Below are positions 18,036-27,871 of a stretch of 64,000 nucleotides of DNA, piece by piece. Under the pieces are notes generated by a model. That model saw nothing but the letters and a program-made list of their open reading frames with translations, was not told the origin of the DNA and did not search any database. How positions within the stretch are numbered: position 1 is the stretch's first letter; every line of letters starts with the position of its first letter. A program made the translations under genes and the position numbers. The stretch is from Escherichia phage vB_EcoP_PhAPEC7, in the sequence record NC_024790.1; one strand, 5' to 3'.

Positions 18036-20096
18036 ATGAAAATCGAATTGATTTCTATCATCGCACTGGCAGTTGACAGTCGTAACCTCACACTGTGGAA
18101 GCCTGATGGCTCCACGGTTGTATATCCACAGAGCGACCCACGGGTTGCTCGCATTGTATCTGAAGCACAGACTAAAGGTCTTGGTACTACCCAGGACCAA
18201 ATAGAAGTAAACATTGCACCAGAAGTAGAACTTCATACTGAATACCTGGAAGCAGAGAAGAACACCAACGGATTCGTTCGTTTCTTCAAGGTAGCTAAAG
18301 CTAAACTCAAAGAGTTCTTCGAAGATGGTACAAGTGTTCAACCAGCCCGTACCATCCCAGAAATTAAACTAGGTAATCCCACTAAGACATTGGTGTCTAA
18401 AGCTATGGATACCTTCCTGGCTGTTCAGGCTAATGAACCAGAGGTAACGGTAGCAGACGGTTGTTATGACAAACGTGACAATCTGATGTGGGTTACTGGT
18501 TGGGACAAAGACCATAACCATCCTGCACTGGTTCGCTTTATTAACGACGTACTAGGCTGGGGATATGCCCATACCGATCGTATTCTTAGACAGGAATGGC
18601 CTATTGGAATTCGTGCAGTATCTGACGATGAAATGGGTGAGTTTGCTAAACAAGCCCAATGCATCAAAGGCGTACACGTTGTATTTACCAATCGTGGGGA
18701 AACACCACTGCCTTATGTGGAAGTAGTTAAAACTACGAACAAGGATAAGCTGGCTGCTGCTTCAGAGAAGCTAGCTGCATTAGGTGCTATCAGTACCGAT
18801 GATGCTAACTTCCACACTGATGTGAAGGAAGATGAAGTGGTTGTTGCTGTTACTAACAATGGGGTTATCCCTGGAGTTGAGAACCTGCAACGTCACCTGC
18901 GTCAGTCTGCCAAGCTGAAAGACTACAAGGGCTTTACTAAGTTCCTTGAGCGTCTGGCTCCGGTTATTAAAGACCGTTTGCACTCAGTGGAAGACCTGAT
19001 GAAGTTCATGGAAACTGCTGAACTGCCCATCGCTGATGATGGCTCTATCCTGTTCCTGAAACGACTTAAGTTCAGAGGTACAGAAGATGGTAAACGTGTA
19101 TTCGTTGACTGTCACTCAGGCAACATCCGTCAGTGGGTAGGCTGTAAAGTACAGGTACGAGAAGACCTGGTAGACCCTGACCGACGTCAGGACTGCTCTA
19201 ACGGTCTGCATGTGGCATCCATGAGCTACATTCGTCACTTCGGTGGTAACGTAACTATCCTTGGTAAAGTAGCACCAGAAGATGTTTTTGCTGTTCCTGA
19301 GTACAACACTAATAAGATGCGTGTAGCTGCGTATCACATTATTGCTGAACTTCCAGAAGAGGAACGTTGCAACGTTAACAGTGGTATCTACCTGTCTAAG
19401 ACAGAAGTAGGTAAGAAGTTGCTTAATGATGCCATCGTTGGGAACCATAGTTCACCTACTACACTTATTATGGTTGGTGGTCACTATGGTACTAACCTCA
19501 AATACACTAATCTCTCATCTGGTTCTGTAGAACAATTCCGTATAGTTGCTAATAAAGAGGCACTGAATATGGAAGAGTCACTGAATGAAGCTTTAGCTGC
19601 TGAACCAGTGAAGGCTACTGACCTTAAACCTATTAGTAAGAAGGCTCCTACTGTGAAAGAACAAATCCAGGAACTGGTTAAAGAGTTCCTCAATGCAACA
19701 ACTCCATATGATAAGTTAGCTGCTGCTGATTTGCTTGTGGAAATACGAGGTAAGGCTCGTAAGCCGTGGGCTGCTTTAGGTGTAGGTAATGATGTAGTAG
19801 CTAAGATTGCTGATGTACGTGCTACCTATACAGCTAAGTCTATTGGTAAACCTAAAGCTGTTAAGCAGGATAAGACAGTTAAGCCTACACGTTCTGCTGC
19901 TGCCACTAAAGTAGCTCCATCTGGTAAACACGTTGATAACCTGCGTAGCATTCTGAACGATACGTCATATTCTGACTATCAGAAAGGTCATGCTCTGCAA
20001 GACTATAAGCGTCATGCCAAGAAGTCATTCACTGCAATGGGTCTGACTGAAGAAGAAGCTAAGTTAGCTACCAAGCTAGTTAAAGCTGCTAAGTAA
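18036..20096 (+). CDS. rIIB: rIIB-like protein (686 aa)
   Basis: Large gene immediately downstream of the rIIA-like gene; assignment by synteny only. Confidence 0.45.
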   Translation: MKIELISIIALAVDSRNLTLWKPDGSTVVYPQSDPRVARIVSEAQTKGLGTTQDQIEVNIAPEVELHTEYLEAEKNTNGFVRFFKVAKAKLKEFFEDGTSVQPARTIPEIKLGNPTKTLVSKAMDTFLAVQANEPEVTVADGCYDKRDNLMWVTGWDKDHNHPALVRFINDVLGWGYAHTDRILRQEWPIGIRAVSDDEMGEFAKQAQCIKGVHVVFTNRGETPLPYVEVVKTTNKDKLAAASEKLAALGAISTDDANFHTDVKEDEVVVAVTNNGVIPGVENLQRHLRQSAKLKDYKGFTKFLERLAPVIKDRLHSVEDLMKFMETAELPIADDGSILFLKRLKFRGTEDGKRVFVDCHSGNIRQWVGCKVQVREDLVDPDRRQDCSNGLHVASMSYIRHFGGNVTILGKVAPEDVFAVPEYNTNKMRVAAYHIIAELPEEERCNVNSGIYLSKTEVGKKLLNDAIVGNHSSPTTLIMVGGHYGTNLKYTNLSSGSVEQFRIVANKEALNMEESLNEALAAEPVKATDLKPISKKAPTVKEQIQELVKEFLNATTPYDKLAAADLLVEIRGKARKPWAALGVGNDVVAKIADVRATYTAKSIGKPKAVKQDKTVKPTRSAAATKVAPSGKHVDNLRSILNDTSYSDYQKGHALQDYKRHAKKSFTAMGLTEEEAKLATKLVKAAK

Positions 20097-20108
20097 TAGC
20101 CTGTTCAA

Positions 20109-20143
20109 ATAGCCTCACTTATAATAAAGTGAGGCTATCTTTG
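20109..20143 (+). terminator. Weak intrinsic terminator or stem-loop
   Basis: ATAGCCTCAC-loop-GTGAGGCTAT with a short T-run. Confidence 0.35.
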
Positions 20144-20158
20144 AAGAGGAAATAAGCT

Positions 20159-20554
20159 ATGTCTAAAGTATTCAGAAGTAATCGCAAAGCAACTGATGAA
20201 GACATCATTCGTATGAATGCTGTTGGTCTGTCCCTCGCAACTATCGCTAAGACGTTGGGGGTTCACCCCACTACGGTTACTTTGCGATTGCGTTCTCTAA
20301 ACATTGAACCAGCTGACACACGTCGGACGTTCATGGAGAATGTACTCCGTCCATTACCAACCCATGTGGCAGATTGGCTATCAGAACAAGTTGGTCCTGC
20401 TTATGAGATTCGCTCATATGTAAGAGACTTGATTCTGGAGGCTTATAATAATCGCCACCTTAACCAAGAGAGTGAGCATGACAAGTTCATCCGTTTGTAC
20501 GCTGGCAAATACGGAAGCCTGGTTCCGGAAAGCAGTACCAAATCCGACGAGTAA
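20159..20554 (+). CDS. Helix-turn-helix DNA-binding protein (131 aa)
   Basis: HTH-like segment GLSLATIAKTLGVHPTTVTLRLRSL. Confidence 0.5.
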   Translation: MSKVFRSNRKATDEDIIRMNAVGLSLATIAKTLGVHPTTVTLRLRSLNIEPADTRRTFMENVLRPLPTHVADWLSEQVGPAYEIRSYVRDLILEAYNNRHLNQESEHDKFIRLYAGKYGSLVPESSTKSDE

Positions 20555-20942
20555 GAATATTAGTACCCAGATTGGTTGCCATCTGGAAGAAGTGGTGGAA
20601 ATGCTGGATGTACTCCAGACTAAATATCCTGGTTACAAAAATAAGTTAGATGATGCCCGTAAGCATTTACGCTTCATTTCTAACTTACTTAAGCAGGAAG
20701 AGGGCAGTTTCTTCATTCAAGAAGAAGACCGTCAAGAACTACTGGATGCACTGGCAGACCAGATTGTTACAGCAACTGGCGTCGGTACTTTCCTTGGGAT
20801 GAATGTCCCTGGAGCATTGGCTGAAGTCAATCGCTCAAACTATTCTAAGTTCGACGAAGACGGTAATCCTATCTTCAATGAGAATATGAAAGTAATGAAA
20901 GGCCCACATTACACCAAGCCTGACCTCAAACCATACATCTAA
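20472..20942 (+). CDS. MazG-like nucleotide pyrophosphohydrolase (start uncertain; overlaps upstream gene by 83 nt if ATG 20472 is used)
   Basis: EExxE motif HLEEVVEMLD and downstream acidic motifs; alternative starts GTG about 20595 or ATG 20601. Confidence 0.45.
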   Translation: MSMTSSSVCTLANTEAWFRKAVPNPTSKNISTQIGCHLEEVVEMLDVLQTKYPGYKNKLDDARKHLRFISNLLKQEEGSFFIQEEDRQELLDALADQIVTATGVGTFLGMNVPGALAEVNRSNYSKFDEDGNPIFNENMKVMKGPHYTKPDLKPYI

Positions 20943-20963
20943 CCCTCTACGGAGGGTTTTTTA
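20941..20963 (+). terminator. Intrinsic terminator
   Basis: AACCCTC-TACG-GAGGGTT followed by TTTT. Confidence 0.7.
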
Positions 20964-20975
20964 CTGGAGATTTAA

Positions 20976-22286
20976 ATGTTTTCCAAACCTACCAAAGCCC
21001 CATTGAACCAGGGGCAAGAAGCGGTTGCGAAGGAGTTCTTCGACTTCCTGCTCGACCCTAATGCCTCAGAATTCAATATTAGTGGACCTGGGGGAACTGG
21101 TAAGACATTCCTGATGTCGCACCTTATTGATGACACTATGCCTGCATATATGGAAACCTGTTCTCTGATGGGAACCAAGCCTCTGTATAACGAAGTTGTC
21201 ATGACAGCGACCACGAACAAAGCTGCTGAAGTTCTGGCTCAAGCTACAGGGCGTCCAACGTCTACCTATCATTCCTTCCAGGGGCTGATTGTTAAGAATG
21301 ACTTTAAGACTGGTGAGGCTAATGTTGTACCGTCTAAGTCATTCACCATTAAGAAGAACAAGATTATCTTCGTAGATGAAGCATCCATGATTGACCGTCA
21401 GTTACTTAAGTATGCTCGTGAAGGTACTCACCAGTGCAAACTGGTATTCGTGGGTGATGCTTCCCAGCTTCTGCCTGTTAAAGAGAGTAAGTCTCCAGTG
21501 TATGCAGGTAATATCCCAACACACTATCTGACTGAACAGATGCGTACCGATACACCAGAACTCAAGGCATTGCATCAGCAATTGCGTGATACGGTGGAAG
21601 GTAAGACAGGCTTCCTGCCTATTAAATGTATTCCAGGCATCATTGACTGGGTACAGGAGGAAGAGATGGAGAAACTGGTTCTCAGTCACTTCACTCAACC
21701 CACCAATAGTCGTATTGTTGCTTACACAAATGACCAGGTTATTAATTACAATAACTACATTCGTGAAGCTAATGGCTACGTGGGTGAATACTCCATTGGT
21801 GAGCAGCTTGTTTCTAACTCAGCCGTTCGCTTGGGTGTGGATGACCGTCTGTCTATCGAGCAGGACGTAAAACTTATCGACCAGGATAGTAGTACTCGCA
21901 TGATTAAAGTTACAGGTGACCTGGAACTAGAAGTCCGTGATAGTACTCTAGACCTTGGTTATGGTGGTATTGTTAGTGAAGTTCCAATTCCTACCGACCC
22001 AGACTACTTCAACCGTTTGGTTAAGTGGTTAGGTAAAGAAAAGAACTGGGAACCATACTTCCGTCTTAAAGAAACCATTCCAGACCTTCGTGCTACACAT
22101 GCATGTACTGTTCATAAATCACAAGGCTCTACTTACGACACAATCTTCATTGACGCAAATGACCTCTCAAGCTGTCGCCAACCTGATATGGTTGCCCGTC
22201 TGCTTTACGTCGCTGTGTCTCGTGCTCGTAAGCGTGTAGTGTTCTATGGCAATCTTGCCAGTAAGTATGGTGGTCTAACTTTCTAA
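20976..22286 (+). CDS. Superfamily 1 DNA helicase (Dda/RecD-like, 436 aa)
   Basis: Walker A GPGGTGKTF, Walker B IIFVDEASM, C-terminal VAVSRARKRVVFYG. Confidence 0.7.
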   Translation: MFSKPTKAPLNQGQEAVAKEFFDFLLDPNASEFNISGPGGTGKTFLMSHLIDDTMPAYMETCSLMGTKPLYNEVVMTATTNKAAEVLAQATGRPTSTYHSFQGLIVKNDFKTGEANVVPSKSFTIKKNKIIFVDEASMIDRQLLKYAREGTHQCKLVFVGDASQLLPVKESKSPVYAGNIPTHYLTEQMRTDTPELKALHQQLRDTVEGKTGFLPIKCIPGIIDWVQEEEMEKLVLSHFTQPTNSRIVAYTNDQVINYNNYIREANGYVGEYSIGEQLVSNSAVRLGVDDRLSIEQDVKLIDQDSSTRMIKVTGDLELEVRDSTLDLGYGGIVSEVPIPTDPDYFNRLVKWLGKEKNWEPYFRLKETIPDLRATHACTVHKSQGSTYDTIFIDANDLSSCRQPDMVARLLYVAVSRARKRVVFYGNLASKYGGLTF

Positions 22287-22296
22287 GGGAGGGTAT

Positions 22297-22827
22297 ATGC
22301 CTCAGATTGGTTCAGCGACTATTGGTCAGGTTGCCAATAGTAGTGAGATAGTCAAGCACCTGTTCTTAGCAGAACTAGTTCGTCTTGATGGTGTGTTAAA
22401 TGGCATTATTGATAAGAATGATCGTATCAATGGTGTAGACGTATCGGCTGGATTCCTTCATCAAGGAGAGTTCTATCAGCGTTCTAATGCTTCCAGACCC
22501 CCAACCTATGGTGAACGATTAACGCTTAATCCAGAACTCTGGCCTGCAATGGACAAGTATCTGAAAGCCTCCAGTCGTCTGATTATGGAAGTACACCTTG
22601 TGAACCAGACTGTATATCGACTGGTTCGTGGTTGTATGTCCTATCAGGATGTACGTGATGCTCTACCCGAATGTCTGGTAGCACAAGACCAGACTGGTCA
22701 GTACAAAGGGCTACCCCGTACTCGTGAAGCAGCTTGGACTCTTGCTGGCGATGCTATGGCAATCAAACAGTATGAGAAGATTCTACCTTCTATTGAGTAC
22801 TATGCAGCTTCACATTTGATTTTCTAA
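22297..22827 (+). CDS. Hypothetical protein (176 aa)
   Basis: ORF with GGGAGGG upstream. Confidence 0.45.
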   Translation: MPQIGSATIGQVANSSEIVKHLFLAELVRLDGVLNGIIDKNDRINGVDVSAGFLHQGEFYQRSNASRPPTYGERLTLNPELWPAMDKYLKASSRLIMEVHLVNQTVYRLVRGCMSYQDVRDALPECLVAQDQTGQYKGLPRTREAAWTLAGDAMAIKQYEKILPSIEYYAASHLIF

Positions 22828-22836
22828 GGTAAAGCT

Positions 22837-24507
22837 ATGCGTTACATCACCTCTCAGGATACTGGTAAGTATCCTATTGCTATCCTCGGTCATCAAATCC
22901 GAAGGGAGGAGATGATTAAAACCTACCTGCTGCCTTATGACCTAAGCATGGAAGATTTCATCTTCCTTGAACTTCATTCTGCCCCCGGCAAGAAGAAAAC
23001 TCCTGCAAGGGAGATTAAGGAGTTCATTCAGCAGGAACTGCAACAAGTACTGGATGATGCAGAGACTCAGTACATTATCTGTACCGATTCTGATTACTTT
23101 AAAATACTGACTAAAGAAGCTAAAGCAGAGGCTAACCTCGGCTATGTTTGTGACTCAGTATGGGGTAAGCAGAAGGTTATCTATACACCTAGCTACAGAC
23201 AGGTCTTTTATGATCCACCTGTAGTGAAAGCTAAGATTGCTCAGGGTATGGATGCATTACTTAACCACATTCGTGGGCAGTATGCTGAACCAGGACAGGG
23301 AATCATTGAGTTTGAAGCCTATCCGGATACACCAGAAAAGATTAAAGCCTGGCTAGACCAGTTGCTTGAGATGAATAAGCCTCTGGCTATAGACATCGAA
23401 TCATTCGGTTTAAAGCACTATAACGCTGGTATAGGGACGATTACGTTCTGTTGGAGTAAGACACAAGGTATAGCCTTTAATGTGGACTACGAGCCAATTA
23501 AGGGGGCTACTGAAGCACCCTATGGGCGTATCAACAGGAATGATGTTGTTCGTAACCTGTTACGTGAGTTCTTCATTAAGTACACTCAACGGCAGATGTA
23601 TCACAACATTAGCTATGACGTGTACGTGCTTATCTATCAGTTATTCATGGATAACCTGATTGATACGGAAGGCTTACTGCACGGCATGGAAATCATGCTA
23701 CGTAATTGGGACTGTACTAAGTTAATTACCTATCTGGCTACTAACAGCTGTGCCGGTAATCACCTTAGTCTGAAAGAACAGGCTCAGGAATATGCTGGTA
23801 ACTATGCTCAGGATGACATTAAAGACATTCGTCTTATTCCTAATGAGCAACTGTTACGCTACAACCTCATTGATGGTTTGTGTACGTGGTACACCTACGA
23901 GAAGCACTGGGATACTCTCATTGCTGATGACCAATTAGATGTTTACAACAATATCTTTAAACCAGCCTGTGAAGACATTATTCAGATGCAGTTAACCGGT
24001 ATGCCCATGAATATGGAAACCGTTAACCAAGTAGCTGAGGAGATGGAAACTGACAGGAACCAGGCTCTGAAAACTATTCGTGAGTCTAAGCTCATGAAGA
24101 ACTTCACCCTGATGCTTCGTCAGGAATGGGTAGACGATAAGAATGCTAAGCTAAAGAAGAAGCAAGTAACACTGGCTGATTGTGACATAGTGTTTAATCC
24201 TAATTCAGGGCCACAATTACAGAAACTGTTATTTGATTACATTGGCTTACCGGTTCTTGGTCTTACTAAGAGCAAGCAACCTGCTACTGACGGAGACACT
24301 ATTAAAGCACTGCGTACACATACGCAGAGTGAAGATGTTAAGGAACTGCTCAATGCACTTATCGACTATAAACTCGTGGATAAGATTATCACTAGTTTTA
24401 TACCAGCTTTCAGGAATGCCCAGCCGGGGCCGGATGGCTGGCACTACCTATTCGGCAACCTCAATCTTGGAGGCACAGTCTCCGGTAGGCTATCGGCTTC
24501 AGAGCCT
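22837..24507 (+). CDS. DNA polymerase I-like (family A), exon 1
   Basis: Ends in ...TVSGRLSASEP, matching Pol I TGRLSSxDP immediately before PNLQNIP; continues in-frame at 25214 after intron removal. Confidence 0.75.
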
Positions 24508-25213
24508 AAAATAAATTGGGCTATTTAAACCATGTGAATTCAGGGGAAACCCAGACCGGGCAATCCTGAGCCAAATCAACCATACCTGCCTTAGGAGGCA
24601 CATGATGGATATCAAGAATCTGTACGAGAATACTGACCTATCTCAAGCAGAAATATCAAAGCGTTTGGGTATTAATTACAAAAAAGTCTCTAAATATATT
24701 AGGGAGAACTACAGTAAAGAATACCGCCAAAGCAGAAATGCAAAGTCTTACCGACGCTCCAAGCTGGGGAAAAATAACCCCATGCTCGGTAAATTCGGCA
24801 AAGACCATCACAACTACAAAGGTTTAGTATCCGATAGTAAGGGCTACTTAATGGTACTTAAACCCGATTGGTATACTGCACGCAAAGGTAGCAAACATGT
24901 TTTTGCTCACCATGTAGTGGTATGTGAGGCACTTAATATCAGTGAAATACCTAAGGGCTGGTGTGTGCACCATTGTGATGAAAATCCATACAACAACGAC
25001 TTTGATAATCTTGTATTGCTAAGTGTTCCTGACCACGCTCGGTTACACTCAGCATTGAAAGGTGCAACGACTATCTCGAAAGAGAGTACACTCATGTGGG
25101 TGGAAGCGCATGGCACGCCTTACTATCTGGCGTGATGATATAGTCTGCTCTGCATAGGAATATGCAGCAGTCGAAAGACGGGCATGGATTAACGACCCAT
25201 GCTGAACAACAGG
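24508..25213 (+). mobile_element. Group I self-splicing intron (706 nt) carrying an HNH homing endonuclease gene
   Basis: Splits the conserved PNLQ(N/T)IP codons; 5' exon ends in U pairing with G of guide GGGCT (24518-24522) to give a 5-bp P1; intron ends in G; P/Q-like core 24535-24574; R-like GACTA 25069-25073 and S-like GATATAGTC 25137-25145. Confidence 0.7.
24602..25135 (+). CDS. HNH homing endonuclease (intron-encoded, 177 aa)
   Basis: HNH motif HHCDENPYNNDFDNLVLLSVPDHARLH; strong AGGAGG RBS; sits inside the intron. Confidence 0.8.
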   Translation: MMDIKNLYENTDLSQAEISKRLGINYKKVSKYIRENYSKEYRQSRNAKSYRRSKLGKNNPMLGKFGKDHHNYKGLVSDSKGYLMVLKPDWYTARKGSKHVFAHHVVVCEALNISEIPKGWCVHHCDENPYNNDFDNLVLLSVPDHARLHSALKGATTISKESTLMWVEAHGTPYYLA

Positions 25214-26122
25214 AATCTACAAACAATTCCATCCGGTTCTAAATATGCCAAGAAGATTAAGAAATGCTTCGAAGCCCCACCTGGCTGGGTATTTTGCGGT
25301 TTGGACTTCGCCTCGCTGGAAGACAGAATATCTGCATTGACTACTAAAGACCCCCAGAAACTTAAGGTATATACCGATGGTTACGATGGTCATAGTCTTC
25401 GTGCGTATGCTTACTTTGGTGAGCAGATGCCAGACATTGTAGACACAGTTGAGTCAATTAATTCTATTCAGACGAAGTATAAGCACCTGCGTAGTGATTC
25501 TAAAGCCCCAACCTTCTTGCTTACCTATGGTGGTACGTATATGGGCTTGATGAAAAACTGTGGCTTCTCAGAAGAGAAAGCTAAAACAACAGAGAAACGT
25601 TATCACGATCTCTATGTAGTTAGTGATATGTGGGTTCAGGCTAAGCTAGATGAAGCTGCCAAGACTGGTTATGTAACTGCTGCATTTGGTTTGAGAGTGC
25701 GTACTCCTTTACTGGCTCAGGTATTACGTGGGACATGTAAGACTCCATATGAAGCAGAAGCTGAAGGTAGAACTGCTGGCAATGCTTTAGGGCAAAGCTG
25801 GTGTCTATTGAATAACCGTGCTGGTTCAGAGTTTATGCGTAAAGTCAGAGCCAGTGAGTTCAGGTTAGATATACGCCCTAGTATTCACATTCATGATGCT
25901 CAATACTTCATGATTCGTGACAACATGGATACCTTGCAGTACACGAACAAGCATTTGGTTGAAGCCGTTAACTGGCAAGACCATCCTGATATTGCTCATC
26001 CAGAAGTTGGTTTGGGTGGGGAACTATCCTTGTTTTACCCAACGTGGGCTAACGAGATTGAGATTCCAAATCACGCTACCCCAGAAGAAGTTAATCAAAT
26101 AATTCAAAAGGCATTCGCATGA
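25214..26122 (+). CDS. DNA polymerase I-like (family A), exon 2
   Basis: Starts NLQTIP; motif A DFASLEDRI, motif B RSDSKAPTFLLTYGG, motif C IHIHDA. Confidence 0.75.
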   Translation, partial: NLQTIPSGSKYAKKIKKCFEAPPGWVFCGLDFASLEDRISALTTKDPQKLKVYTDGYDGHSLRAYAYFGEQMPDIVDTVESINSIQTKYKHLRSDSKAPTFLLTYGGTYMGLMKNCGFSEEKAKTTEKRYHDLYVVSDMWVQAKLDEAAKTGYVTAAFGLRVRTPLLAQVLRGTCKTPYEAEAEGRTAGNALGQSWCLLNNRAGSEFMRKVRASEFRLDIRPSIHIHDAQYFMIRDNMDTLQYTNKHLVEAVNWQDHPDIAHPEVGLGGELSLFYPTWANEIEIPNHATPEEVNQIIQKAFA

Positions 26123-26424
26123 CTAAAAGTACTAAAGAAACCGCCGTCAAAAAATATCATTGGATGGTGGCAGCACAGGTAATCTTCCAGCTTCCTAAAG
26201 CTGATGATGGTTCCCTGCTTACCATGAATACAATGCTGCTCACTGACGAACCTCATGTGACTTATAAAGATTTGGCCCGTGTTAATCACTCTCTGAAGAT
26301 TAGTCTGGACCAGCGTTTCGACACCTCAGTTGACTTGAAAGACATTGTTTATCTATCCATCAATAACCTGGGTCTGATGTCTGAACCAGAGTTCCAAGCA
26401 AACATGATTCCCAAGGGGGAATAA
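26119..26424 (+). CDS. Hypothetical protein (101 aa)
   Basis: Coupled ORF (ATGA overlap). Confidence 0.4.
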   Translation: MTKSTKETAVKKYHWMVAAQVIFQLPKADDGSLLTMNTMLLTDEPHVTYKDLARVNHSLKISLDQRFDTSVDLKDIVYLSINNLGLMSEPEFQANMIPKGE

Positions 26425-26891
26425 TGACTAAGCTCTCCGGTGGCCTTAATAACTACTATGTAGTTCCAATTAAGAATCCCCAACGGAAAGAGCAAGAGCC
26501 ATATCAAGCAGAGTGTGAGGATATTATCCAAGCACTTGGCATGACCTTCGATGAAGGTTGTGCCTTTAAAGCTCTATGGCGAAATGCTGCTGCCCGTATG
26601 GGTAATGGTAAACCTGGTAACAAAGCCCTGTATGACTGTGAGAAGCTGGTTCATTACGCTAATCGTATTCTAGCTAAAGAAAGGTTAGCAGATGAATTAC
26701 TTAACCGGAATAACACCACTATTGGAAGATGCTGGCATTACCCAGGAAAGGATAAACCTTACATAACAACGAACTTTCAATTCATTGAGGTAGCATACAA
26801 GGGTGAGTTGGATAATGTAGTCAGCTATAACTTCGATGAGATAGATGGTATTCGCTGGAACCAAGTTCACAGATACAGGATTACTTACTGA
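26424..26891 (+). CDS. Hypothetical protein (155 aa)
   Basis: Coupled ORF. Confidence 0.45.
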   Translation: MTKLSGGLNNYYVVPIKNPQRKEQEPYQAECEDIIQALGMTFDEGCAFKALWRNAAARMGNGKPGNKALYDCEKLVHYANRILAKERLADELLNRNNTTIGRCWHYPGKDKPYITTNFQFIEVAYKGELDNVVSYNFDEIDGIRWNQVHRYRITY

Positions 26892-27871
26892 TGAAGATAA
26901 CCAACAACCATGATGTCTCGCTGGCCCTGGCTGTATGGCTATTACATGACGAATATGATTACGTAGACAATCCTAAGTACCTGTCTGCTACTACATTGCT
27001 TAAGCCTATTAAGCAAATCGTCATGAAGCATCGTGTAGATTTTAGTGACCAGTCAATTGATGTTATGGATTTCGTCTCCACATCAATGGGTACTGGCTTA
27101 CATGACTCTATTGAGAAAGCCTGGAAGCTAGGTCATAAGACTGCATTGAAGAAGCTAGGTTATCCTCAGCGAGTAATTGATGCAGTAGTCATTAACCCAA
27201 CCAAAGCAGACTTTGCTGCTAACCCTGACCTTATCCCAATCTACATTGAACAGCGTGGAACCAAGGTAGTTAAGGGTTGGACCATCGGTGGTAAGTTTGA
27301 CATCGTAACGGAAGGTCTGTTGCAAGACTTCAAGTCTACCTCAACCTATTCTTGGGTTGCTGGTTCCCGTGATGATGAACACAAGATGCAAGGCAGCTTG
27401 TACCGTTGGATTCACAACGACATCATTACTGAGGATGTAATTCGTATTAACTACATCTTCACCGACTTCATGAAACACATGGCTAATAGCAATCCAAACT
27501 ATCCTGCTAATCGTATTATGCATAAGGATATTCCGTTGCTGTCTGCTGAGAAGACTGAACGTTGGGTGGAAGAGAAGATTCACTTCATCGAAAAGTACTG
27601 GGATGCACCTGAAGAGGAAATCCCTGAATGTACTGATGAGGAGTTGTGGCGAACAGAGCCACAGTTCAAATACTTCTCTGATGCTTCTAAGGTAGATGTA
27701 CCTGGAGCCAGGAGTACCAAAAACTTTGACGATATGGCATCTGCCCGTATCTTCATGGCTGAAAAAGGTGGCAAGGGTGCTATCAAGGTCGTGGAGGGGC
27801 AGGTTAAACGTTGTTTATATTGCCCTGTCGCGTCCATTTGCAAACAAAGAGAGAGATATTTTCCATCATGA
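26891..27871 (+). CDS. PD-(D/E)XK nuclease, Cas4/RecB-like exonuclease (326 aa)
   Basis: D...QDFK nuclease-like motif and C-terminal CxxC...C cluster (CLYCPVASIC). Confidence 0.5.
   Translation: MKITNNHDVSLALAVWLLHDEYDYVDNPKYLSATTLLKPIKQIVMKHRVDFSDQSIDVMDFVSTSMGTGLHDSIEKAWKLGHKTALKKLGYPQRVIDAVVINPTKADFAANPDLIPIYIEQRGTKVVKGWTIGGKFDIVTEGLLQDFKSTSTYSWVAGSRDDEHKMQGSLYRWIHNDIITEDVIRINYIFTDFMKHMANSNPNYPANRIMHKDIPLLSAEKTERWVEEKIHFIEKYWDAPEEEIPECTDEELWRTEPQFKYFSDASKVDVPGARSTKNFDDMASARIFMAEKGGKGAIKVVEGQVKRCLYCPVASICKQRERYFPS

Noticed and set aside
24233-24514. 93-aa alternative-frame ORF inside DNA polymerase exon 1, plus the minus-strand ORF 24247-24444
   Set aside because: Nested in the conserved polymerase coding frame; no independent support.
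27811-27867. N-terminal extension of track ORF 27811-30021
   Set aside because: Overlaps the 3' end of the nuclease gene; ATG 27868 forms an ATGA stop/start overlap typical of coupled phage genes.
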